This document shows, piece by piece, positions 9,535-18,279 of a DNA stretch of 55,363 nucleotides. Position 1 is the first letter of the stretch, and every line of letters begins with the position of its first letter. Where the stretch lies: NCBI GenBank assembly GCA_043825875.1, contig JBDRRF010000015.1:1-55363 (forward strand), written 5' to 3'. A program made the translations under genes and the position numbers. This DNA is from Pseudomonadota bacterium (lineage in GTDB: Bacteria; Desulfobacterota; Desulfobacteria; Desulfobacterales; RPRI01). The notes beneath the pieces were generated by a model, which worked only from the letters and a program-made list of their open reading frames with translations, made no database searches and had not been told where the DNA came from.

Positions 9535-10656
9535 ATGTTTTTTATTTCCATTGTATTTAAAAATTTGATACGGAGAAGTCTTAGGACTTTTTTTACTGTT
9601 CTTGGTATTGCCACTGCAGTCGCAGCTTTTATCGCACTGGTAGGCTTGGCCAGGGGATATGAAAATGCATGGCAGAACTCCCTGGAAGAAAGGAATACAC
9701 ATCTGTTTGGATCCCAAAAAGGTGTAGTGGATATTTTATCTGGCACCATTGAAAAATCAGTTTGCGATGAAATGTCTAAAATCAAAGGCGTCAACAGGGT
9801 TAGTGGTGAGCGGATTGAGCTTCTCTCTTTAGACAGCGGATCAATGATAATTGTTGCAGGATGGCCTAAAGACAGTTACCTGTGGGAAAGTATTCACTTA
9901 AAAGAAGGACATTTGCCGGACCCATCATCTGCTAATGAGGTTGTTCTTGGTTCCATGGCATCTACTGCCTTAAAGATCCGGCCTGGCGGAACTTTTAAAA
10001 TGCTTGGGAAAATTTTTAAGGTTTCAGGTATTTCCGATTCCGGCAGCGCCATGAAGAATAATGCCATGATTCTTACGCTGGAAGGGCTGGAGGAAATCAA
10101 CAATACTAAAGGAGAAATCACGACTGTTAACTTCCAATTGGATCACCCGGATAATGAAATTGCTGTTTTAGAAACCACAAGACGTTTGCAGGCAGCTTTC
10201 CCTGAATATACCTTTACGAAATCCGATGCGCTTTCAGAAAACAATAAAATTCTTCAGATGTTTCAAACAATGGCCTGGGGAACCAGTATGATTGCCATTT
10301 TTATTTGTCTGGTGGTGATCGTCAATACCCTGCTTATGTCTGTAATGGAAAGAACCCATGAAATAGGCGTACTGGTTACTTTGGGCTGGAGTTCAAGACG
10401 TATCCTTGGTCTGATTGCTCTGGAGGGGCTGGTTCTTACAATAGCCGGTGCAATGGCCGGCAGTGTTATAGGCGCTTACGGTCTTTTTACGCTGGCTGAC
10501 ATGCCCCAGATGAAAAGTTTTATCCAGCCGGGGATAGATTTGCGTCTGATTCTTGAAATTGTTTGCGCCACACTGGTAATAGGTTTTATAGGCAGTTCTT
10601 ATCCGGCATGGAGGGCCATACGTCTTAAACCCGCAGAAGCCCTAAGACACAGCTGA
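9535..10656 (+). CDS. ABC exporter permease (MacB/FtsX family)
   Basis: N-terminal TM, large periplasmic domain, NTLLMSVMERTHEIG, YPAWRA..L.P.EALR terminus. Confidence 0.9.
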   Translation: MFFISIVFKNLIRRSLRTFFTVLGIATAVAAFIALVGLARGYENAWQNSLEERNTHLFGSQKGVVDILSGTIEKSVCDEMSKIKGVNRVSGERIELLSLDSGSMIIVAGWPKDSYLWESIHLKEGHLPDPSSANEVVLGSMASTALKIRPGGTFKMLGKIFKVSGISDSGSAMKNNAMILTLEGLEEINNTKGEITTVNFQLDHPDNEIAVLETTRRLQAAFPEYTFTKSDALSENNKILQMFQTMAWGTSMIAIFICLVVIVNTLLMSVMERTHEIGVLVTLGWSSRRILGLIALEGLVLTIAGAMAGSVIGAYGLFTLADMPQMKSFIQPGIDLRLILEIVCATLVIGFIGSSYPAWRAIRLKPAEALRHS

Positions 10657-10722
10657 TAAAAAATGGTTCCCATGACCGCAAATATTATTTTTACCTATTG
10701 AGCCAGGTTCAAATTTGATTTG

Positions 10723-13020
10723 TTATCTTAAAGTCTGAATAGTTCTTGTAGGCCTTTTATAAAAAGATGAGTTTATAGTTAATTTCTTTCTCAAAAACGG
10801 ATTCTTTATATACAGTGTTCCATTCCCGCTTGAATATGCATATTTTCGTCCGGTGAAATTGAAATCTCTATTAACTTCTTTTACTTCAATTAAAGGAAAG
10901 TTATTAATGTCATTTTTACTGCAACGATTGTATACATGGTTGCTAATTAATGATTGCCTGCCTGAACGAGCATTAGAGCCTTTGGGCCAGATTTTTCTAA
11001 TGGGATTAAGGCAATCATTATCATCATAACCTAAAAGAATATTTAATTCTACTGTTTCTCCTGTGGTCATTTTATATAAATACCACTTGGAATCTCCTCC
11101 GGTTTTATTATTAAAATTAGAATCAGGATTGTTTTCTAAAACACTGTTTTTTAATTCAGTCAAATTGGCAAATTTATGTCTGGGCACTATTTCCCAAAAA
11201 CCTCTGGCATAAGTTCTGAATTTCTTCTTGTTTTCGTTCTTACTTACTCTACCAATAACAACATAATAACCATAATTTTGTAAAGACGTTAAGTCAAAAA
11301 ATGAAAATCTCACTCTTGATTTATCAGAAGTAGAGAATTCTTTCTTATTGCCATCAATTAATCTATAAGGAATATTATCCCAGAAAGATGGATAGCGCAT
11401 TGGATATTCCAAATGCCGATCAGTATTGTCCCGATCTTTATCTATACTTCCGGAAAAAGCATCTCCAAAATATTTATAATATCCATAGGAAAAACTTTTA
11501 TAAGTTCCTGCATTATCACTTAGCCAATGTCTTTTTCTTCCTTTCATAAACATTACATGTTCTTTCATATCATTATCATTTTCCCATTGAGGGATGTTAT
11601 GTTTAGTCATCAGCAGATGTGGTCTGGAAGCAAAATCATAATGCTTTAGGTATTTGGAATTATCCGAGCTTTGAAAAATATCATATGTAACTTTAAAACG
11701 ATTATATTTTCCGCCGGAAATATTCATAAAGTCATTCGTAGCAAAATAAAATTCAGGAGCAGATTCTACATTTTTACCGCGAATATAATTATAGCAATTT
11801 TTATCAAAATATCTTGGGCCTTGATGAGCTTTGTAATGGTCGGTTGAATAACGGGCCTGCATTCTGGCCCAATAACCATTGTGTTTATTCAACATGAAAT
11901 CATGAATAACATCAGGAATGCGATAATCTAACAAAGAAGCCCATAAAGCGTGCCCTGATGAATTGGAAAAGTCATTAAAAAATGAATTTTCCCAATTGTA
12001 GGCACCACTCAAAATCCCCATCATAAAAATAACTCCATCGTTTTCATACAAACCTAATTTTTTGGCGTAATCACTGTTTCTGCGATGAGGTCCAAATCTT
12101 TTGCCTTGAAAAGATTGAAAAGCAAATTTAGTAGACAAATAGTCTAAAGCATTTCTGGCTCCTTTTTTCAGATTAGAATTGTTTGCAAAAGAAAATATGT
12201 TTAATAAAGCATGCATGGAAAGTGCCTGGTATGGTCTGCCATTAGTTTCAAAAAATCCATTATGAACAATTCTTCCCGTGGCTTGAAGCAAAAGATCTTC
12301 TACTTCTTTATCCTGGTTAATAAAATTATTTCTATTGCCGTATTTTCCTGTTCTTAATCTATTATCATTTCTGGGATTATCTGATATCCATTGGTTAGTT
12401 AAATACTGTGAAGAAAAAATCATTAAAATATGGTTTTCCGTTTCCGGGTAAGTGATCCCATGATGTATAACTTTCTTTTTATCAGTAGATTGCCCCATGT
12501 AATAGCTCAATCCTTTATCAACAATATTAAAACAGGCTTGATTCGTTAAATATTTAGAATCATTTTTAAATAAGTATAATAATGTAATCATTTCTTTCAT
12601 TTTCATATCATAATTACCATCACCATGAGTTGCAGTTCCGGCAATTCCAATTTTTTTAATTGTGGTTGTCCATGTTTCCACGATTTGAGGAAAATTTGCA
12701 GGAGGCATGTATCTGTATAAAGGTGCAGCGCCTGGAGATGTAATTTGATTTGAATCATTTTCTTTTAGAGCTAATAAACCGGCAGCTATTCTGCGAAAAG
12801 ATTTAGTTCCTGCATCATCTTTAAAATTTCCGATACCATTTCTATATAGATCCCATAGCCATCTTTCAATAATGGCTTTTTGTCTGGATGAAAACTCATT
12901 GTTGGCAGCAGTAACATTGCTTGGAAGTGAACGAGCCTGGACATTTTCATTAATCAGGAAAACAGCAAGCAAGATAAGTAATAAACAAAAGCTATAGTTT
13001 ACATTTTTACAAAATTTCAT
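10723..13020 (-). CDS. Large secreted hypothetical protein (765 aa)
   Basis: Long ORF with signal peptide (…LLAVFLINENVQA|RS); very AT-rich; no family confidently recognised. Confidence 0.8.
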   Translation of the reverse strand: MKFCKNVNYSFCLLLILLAVFLINENVQARSLPSNVTAANNEFSSRQKAIIERWLWDLYRNGIGNFKDDAGTKSFRRIAAGLLALKENDSNQITSPGAAPLYRYMPPANFPQIVETWTTTIKKIGIAGTATHGDGNYDMKMKEMITLLYLFKNDSKYLTNQACFNIVDKGLSYYMGQSTDKKKVIHHGITYPETENHILMIFSSQYLTNQWISDNPRNDNRLRTGKYGNRNNFINQDKEVEDLLLQATGRIVHNGFFETNGRPYQALSMHALLNIFSFANNSNLKKGARNALDYLSTKFAFQSFQGKRFGPHRRNSDYAKKLGLYENDGVIFMMGILSGAYNWENSFFNDFSNSSGHALWASLLDYRIPDVIHDFMLNKHNGYWARMQARYSTDHYKAHQGPRYFDKNCYNYIRGKNVESAPEFYFATNDFMNISGGKYNRFKVTYDIFQSSDNSKYLKHYDFASRPHLLMTKHNIPQWENDNDMKEHVMFMKGRKRHWLSDNAGTYKSFSYGYYKYFGDAFSGSIDKDRDNTDRHLEYPMRYPSFWDNIPYRLIDGNKKEFSTSDKSRVRFSFFDLTSLQNYGYYVVIGRVSKNENKKKFRTYARGFWEIVPRHKFANLTELKNSVLENNPDSNFNNKTGGDSKWYLYKMTTGETVELNILLGYDDNDCLNPIRKIWPKGSNARSGRQSLISNHVYNRCSKNDINNFPLIEVKEVNRDFNFTGRKYAYSSGNGTLYIKNPFLRKKLTINSSFYKRPTRTIQTLR

Positions 13021-13367
13021 AATTAATTCCTATAGAGTTGGTTATTTAAATCCTAAGTGATATTGCAGATATTTCAAGCAGCTATAGAGTATTATGGAAA
13101 ACTTGTCAAATACTATAAGCATCTATGTAAGTTATCAAAGGATAAACTCCAAAATGATATAGGTGTTGGGAGAATAGTAAATAGAGTATACGAGATTTTA
13201 TCTAATGTGATAGAAATGCAGGGATCAGCTAATTTTGTTCATTTGCCGTACCAACATATCTGAAAATATATTGTAATTATCCACAGTGTTGGGTAGAATT
13301 TACTGTCTGATACTGTGAATAGTTAAAAAACTTGTGAGTAAAGTATGAATAAAAAGGGTAACAACAT

Positions 13368-13856
13368 ATGCAGCGAAAGTATAAAATTAGAAATAAAGTA
13401 CTTTTCCGAATAATTGGGCTTATAATACTTATATGCTTACTTCAGGCATGCGATAATGATAGCCAGTTTATCAAAGATATGGATGCTTTTTTTATGATGC
13501 CTGAGCGGATAGATTTAAAAGAAAGAGATAATGTGACCGAAGTTGTGCAGAGGTATTTTCCACAAGGTATGAAATTGTCTGATGCCCTGAAGGATCTTGA
13601 TGAACAAGGATTTGAAATATATGAGTACCAAAAGAAAGGTTTCCGCAAATGGCCGAATGGCGAATTAAAGCCATATAAGGATAAAAATCATGCGAAAATG
13701 GGTGCTACGCCAGGAATAAAAGTTAGTTACTTTGCTAAAAAGGTATACGGCTCTATCTATCTTTTGGTAACAAAACATGCAAGAATTACAATTAATTCAA
13801 ATGATGGAGAGAAAATTAAATATTCCTATGGGCAAATAGTATTACTTGGTATGTAA
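13368..13856 (+). CDS. Putative lipoprotein
   Basis: Basic N-terminus, hydrophobic stretch and lipobox LQAC. Confidence 0.72.
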   Translation: MQRKYKIRNKVLFRIIGLIILICLLQACDNDSQFIKDMDAFFMMPERIDLKERDNVTEVVQRYFPQGMKLSDALKDLDEQGFEIYEYQKKGFRKWPNGELKPYKDKNHAKMGATPGIKVSYFAKKVYGSIYLLVTKHARITINSNDGEKIKYSYGQIVLLGM

Positions 13857-13869
13857 CGCCTGATTATTC

Positions 13870-15960
13870 CTAAAATTGCCAGATTATTTTTGTGTAAACT
13901 CCGCGTTCAACCTCGGATGGAGAGTGATTATCCCGGTCGGTTCCCCATTCACTATGGCTATAATCAAACAGATTCTGGCCAACAATCGACAGTTCTAAGT
14001 TATTTAATATCTTCCATCCAATACGCAGATCTAAAGTTAAATAGCTGCCGACATTCAGGCCTGAAAGATCATCGACGTAACGTGCCCAAAAATCAAGCTC
14101 TACATTGTTTGAAATGTCCATTGTTGATCTTAAGGAAAATTGGTGTCTGGGACTTTGCTCCTCTGCTTCTTCAGATCGAGTATCATTGCTTTTGACATCC
14201 GGAGTTAAATCCATATTTAGATATGTATAAGCTCCCTGAAGGCGCCACCAATCCAGGATTCTGTAATCTGTGGCAATTTCCACTCCATAGGTTTTGCCAT
14301 GCATCAAATTATCTATTGTATTAGGAAGTACAAGGTGTGCCGGTGCGGGGGAACTCTCAAAATAGGGCGTGTCTGTTTCAAAAGTTCTGAGATTTTCATA
14401 ATCATTATAAAATAAAGCAATATCAAAACTTAAGTTGTTTTTTTGTTGAGTGCGATATCCAAGTTCGTAGGCAATTACTTCTTCATGTTTGATATCGTCA
14501 TTACCGAAGACGCTTAATAACATAGGAGTACTGCCGGGTATAACAACTGGATTGTGACGGCTGTCATGTTCTATGCGATCAGGAGTTCTTACTGCTCTTG
14601 ATATCGATGCCCACAGAGAATGCTTTGTATAAGCTGTCCATGCTATTTTGGCGCTGGGCTGAAACTCAAAGCCGGTATAGTCATTGTGCTCAAATTTAGT
14701 TCCCAAAGTAAGGATAAGGCAATCTTTTAAAAGTGTGATAGAATCTTGTAAAAAGCCGCTGTATAATTGATTAGTCGATTTCTCCGGATCAAATGAAAAA
14801 AAGAAGGTATCACTAAGTTCATCATAGGTTAACCGATATCCCAATCCCCAAACGATTTCATGCATTTGATTTAAAACCAACCGGTTCTGAAAGTCGAAAT
14901 CAAATGTATCTCTTTTTTCTTTTAATCTTATATTATTACGGTCTGTACGGTCATAATATATCTGCATTTGCAAATCGGAATCATTGGCAAAAGAGTGTTG
15001 CCAGCGCGCAAGAATATTAGCACCTGTCATATTGGAATCATCTTCCACGGTTTGGGTGAAAGGAGGATTTAATTGAGGTACTTTGAGAAGCTCTCCCGCT
15101 TTTGCGTCATACATATCTCCAAGAAATGTCAGCGTGTTAGCATTCGATAAATTGGAATCTATACGAAATCCTGCCCGATAGGCATACCAGCCGTCATCGG
15201 AAGGATCACCCGCAGAATCAATGGCATCGTCTTTATTAAAGTATTTAGCATAGGCCCTGTAATAGCTTTTATCGGAAAGGTTTCCACCGTATCGAATTCC
15301 GGTAAATGCACGCTCCTCTGTTCCGATCCCGGCTGTTAATAATTTTCCCTGGGTATCTTTTGCCTTTTTGGTTATGATGTTGATAACACCGTTTACCGCA
15401 TTAGCTCCCCAAAGGCTTCCTCCAGGGCCACGTATTACTTCGATCCGGTCAATGTCTTCTATTAAGGTATCTTGTATATCCCAATAGACTCCGGAAAATA
15501 AGGGAGAATATACTGTACGGCCGTCGATAAGAACAAGAAGTTTGGTGGCAAAGCGGCCATTAAAGCCTCTGGCTGTAATAGCCCATTTATTCGTATTGAT
15601 TCGTGCAACTTGAATTCCCGGTACCATTCGCAGGATTTCAGGGATATTCGTAGCCCCGGAGCGTCTTATATCTTCTGTTGTAATGGTAAATACTGCGGAA
15701 GGAGCTTCGAATAGTTTTTGAGGCTTTTTTGCTACTGAAGTTACTGTGATTTCCACATTCATGAGTTCTTCAAGAGTCAATTCAGTAAGATCAAATCCTG
15801 GTTTTTGGGTATATTTGCTGTCGCTTGCCCAGCAAGCAGGAGTTATGATTATATAGAGCAAGAGCCAAAACACTATTGCCGCAACCGACATGGCTGCTAA
15901 AAAAGTGTGTCGGAGATATTTATTAAGAAAATAATTATTTTTGTTAGTGTTACAAATCAC
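13870..15960 (-). CDS. TonB-dependent receptor
   Basis: Plug motifs (LTLEELMNV, LRMVPG, LLVLIDGR, IDRIEVIRGPG..LWGANAVNGVINIITK); terminal aromatic WQF; GGAG RBS before GTG. Confidence 0.93.
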   Translation of the reverse strand: MICNTNKNNYFLNKYLRHTFLAAMSVAAIVFWLLLYIIITPACWASDSKYTQKPGFDLTELTLEELMNVEITVTSVAKKPQKLFEAPSAVFTITTEDIRRSGATNIPEILRMVPGIQVARINTNKWAITARGFNGRFATKLLVLIDGRTVYSPLFSGVYWDIQDTLIEDIDRIEVIRGPGGSLWGANAVNGVINIITKKAKDTQGKLLTAGIGTEERAFTGIRYGGNLSDKSYYRAYAKYFNKDDAIDSAGDPSDDGWYAYRAGFRIDSNLSNANTLTFLGDMYDAKAGELLKVPQLNPPFTQTVEDDSNMTGANILARWQHSFANDSDLQMQIYYDRTDRNNIRLKEKRDTFDFDFQNRLVLNQMHEIVWGLGYRLTYDELSDTFFFSFDPEKSTNQLYSGFLQDSITLLKDCLILTLGTKFEHNDYTGFEFQPSAKIAWTAYTKHSLWASISRAVRTPDRIEHDSRHNPVVIPGSTPMLLSVFGNDDIKHEEVIAYELGYRTQQKNNLSFDIALFYNDYENLRTFETDTPYFESSPAPAHLVLPNTIDNLMHGKTYGVEIATDYRILDWWRLQGAYTYLNMDLTPDVKSNDTRSEEAEEQSPRHQFSLRSTMDISNNVELDFWARYVDDLSGLNVGSYLTLDLRIGWKILNNLELSIVGQNLFDYSHSEWGTDRDNHSPSEVERGVYTKIIWQF

Positions 15961-16184
15961 ACTATAACTCCAGTAGCTTCAAACAAAACATTATGATTAG
16001 AAAATCTTTATATTGCAGGGACTAAATATTATATTATACCTATCATTATGTGTATATCGGTATATATCACTAAAACTTGAAGAATTGAGATCTGTAATTT
16101 TGGGAATTACGATTTGTGGTAAAAGCAGAATGGATTTGATAAAAAGTTCAGAAAGCAAAACATAAAATAATAGCAAAACCTGGG

Positions 16185-16550
16185 CTATTTAATAATTTGC
16201 AAGCGATGATTTTTGATCCGCCAGTTATCAAATGCCTTAAGGTGATCCAAAAGATCCTGGCACTCCACCCTTAGCAAGGTGACCTTCCAGATGTTAGATG
16301 GTACAACGCGATCACTAAACAGATCAAAAATACTTTCTTGCCCATTTTGATCCATTGTCTTCAGTAACTCGGCAAGCGTTTTGGCAGTTGGCAAATAATC
16401 CTTGATATCTAAGGTGTTTACAACAATTTCTGCCGCAAGGGATTTTAGCTTATGGTAAACGCCGGGATTATTATTAATGGCCTTTTGGGTTGCCATTAAT
16501 ACATTCTCCCAGCGTTTTTCCAATTCATTAATTGTGAGATTATCTTCCAT
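16185..16550 (-). CDS. Hypothetical protein, probably co-transcribed with the upstream Fe-S selenoprotein
   Basis: 121-aa ORF 36 bp downstream on the same strand. Confidence 0.7.
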   Translation of the reverse strand: MEDNLTINELEKRWENVLMATQKAINNNPGVYHKLKSLAAEIVVNTLDIKDYLPTAKTLAELLKTMDQNGQESIFDLFSDRVVPSNIWKVTLLRVECQDLLDHLKAFDNWRIKNHRLQIIK

Positions 16551-16586
16551 GGTAAAGTATTGGTCAGGTGTTAAATTTCCGATTAT

Positions 16587-17906
16587 TTACATGGCTGTTT
16601 CCGGATGGAATACATTAACTTCTTTCAGATCATCTCCCAGGTATTCCCGTTCATTCGGCCCAAGTATTCCTAATGAAAGACAAATTAGAGTCCACAAATG
16701 CACAACAGGATAGTTGCCGCCGTAATGTTCACTTAGTTCATGAATCTGGGCATGGCAGTTATGGCATCCCGCTATACAATAGTCCGCTCCTGTGGCCTTA
16801 ATCTGATCATCTTTTAGCTTTCCGTACTGAAGACGCTGCTCCTTAAACCCCGATTGCAGGAATCCGCCGCCGCCGCCACAGCAGTAGTTGTTTGATCTGT
16901 TAGGCTGCATATCAATAAAATTTTCCTCACCTACAACGGATCTTACCACAAACCTCAGATCCTCAGCAATGGGATCGCCATAGCTCTTTCTTACAATCTG
17001 ACATGGATCTTGTACAGTAAATTTTATTTTTAAGTCTTTGTTCCAGTCGGAATTAACCTTCAATTTTCCTTCTCTGATCCATTTTGCATAGTATTCATAG
17101 ATATTTTTGACAACAAAATTATGTTCGAGATTGAATTTATTCAGTCCGGCCCGGACTGAGAAAGTAACGTGGCCTCACTCTGTATTAAGAAAGGTTTTAC
17201 ACCCCAATTTATTGGCCTGATTGACAGTGGTACGTGTAATATGTTCCCATGCCTCGTCATCTGAAAGAAACATACAGTAGTTTTCACCGGCCCAGCCATG
17301 GCTGCCGTATGTCCAGTCTACACCTGCCAGATGTAGTATTTTCCATAAGGGGACCATTTCATCCGGTTCTGTGACCGGTTCTCTCGAATTTTGATTCAAA
17401 AAAAACTCCGCTCCTTCTTTATCGATAGGAGCTTGCATATCAGCAAACTCGGGTTGGGCTTCCCGGTATTCTTCCAGCACATCTTCTACAACAAATATAA
17501 AGTCTTCCGGGGATGTACCCATGGCGCTGGTGCTTTCATTTCTTAATGCCATATCGCATGAGCCGATAATGCCTTTTGGCCGGTCTTCTCTTGGCCGAAG
17601 TTTTCTTGCATTATATATTAATTGAGGAATATCTATTTTCATGGGGCATACATAGACACAACGCTGACACATGGTGCACATCCATGGCCAATTTGATTTT
17701 CCAATTTCCTCATCCATACCAAATGCGGCCATGCGCAAAAATTTACGCGGGTCCATGCCATCTAAGCTTGTGGCCGGACATCCTGAAGAACATGCGCCAC
17801 AGGTTAGGCAAAGGTTTAAATTACCGCCTTCAGGTAAAATTTCCTTAACCTTGTCAATAAATATGGATTCTTTTTTCCTGCCTAACTTTACGACATCATC
17901 TGCCAT
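16587..17906 (-). CDS. Selenocysteine-containing Fe-S oxidoreductase (HdrD/GlpC-like: 2x[4Fe-4S] plus CCG domains), 439 aa
   Basis: ORFs 17175-17906 and 16587-17063 are in frame across TGA at 17177-17175, reading FLNTE-U-GHVTFSVRAGLNKF...EGKLKVNSD; CxxCxxCxxxCP x2; QDPCQ, YCCGGGGG, GCHNC. Confidence 0.9.
17141..17159 (-). promoter_or_regulatory. Bacterial SECIS hairpin
   Basis: mRNA UGA-15 nt-UCAGUCCG-GGC-CGGACUGA; perfect 8-bp stem with a G-first loop 23 nt after the UGA. Confidence 0.85.
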
Positions 17907-18010
17907 CGATTACTCCTCCTGTTCCGCTCTTTTATGAGTATCTATACAAAATCAGCGATAATTATAATTTGATAATGTACAATCCATTCTGATAGTTCTT
18001 TATAATGGTT

Positions 18011-18027
18011 AGCATAAACCATGCCGG
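18011..18027 (-). promoter_or_regulatory. sigma54 (-24/-12) promoter
   Basis: Minus strand CCGGCATGGTTTATGCT = GG-N10-GC, ~105 bp upstream of the selenoprotein start. Confidence 0.72.
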
Positions 18028-18110
18028 AGCGTAAGAAATATTAATAATTTAAATATGAAGTAAAATTAAATAGATATTATATATGGATCGGGATAGAAAT
18101 TTTGATAAAA

Positions 18111-18155
18111 TTGCAATATTGCAAATAAAGGAAAGAATGAATTGCAAATCAGCAA
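18111..18155. promoter_or_regulatory. Paired TTGC-N6-GCAA palindromes (candidate enhancer for a sigma54 activator)
   Basis: TTGCAATATTGCAA (18111-18124) and TTGCAAATCAGCAA (18142-18155), 31 bp apart. Confidence 0.55.
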
Positions 18156-18279
18156 TGGTATCTATCATATCAGGGTTATCGTTACAGTAATCACACGATT
18201 GGCTGATAGGTAGCCAAAGCCCTAATGGTATTTGGAGTATGTGGGATATAAAGCCAGCGCTATAAAAGATTTCGACATA

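Noticed and set aside
13057..13263. 68-aa ORF between divergent genes
   Set aside because: GTG start, no RBS, no motif; occupies probable promoter space
13277..13285. Perfect DnaA box TTATCCACA
   Set aside because: A single isolated copy with no cluster or dnaA context; compatible with chance
15961..16184. Cobalamin or other riboswitch upstream of the TonB receptor
   Set aside because: AT-rich, with no B12-box or other recognisable aptamer
16587..17906. Pseudogene or two-gene interpretation of the split Fe-S ORFs
   Set aside because: An in-frame TGA at a Cys-equivalent position plus a SECIS hairpin favours Sec recoding
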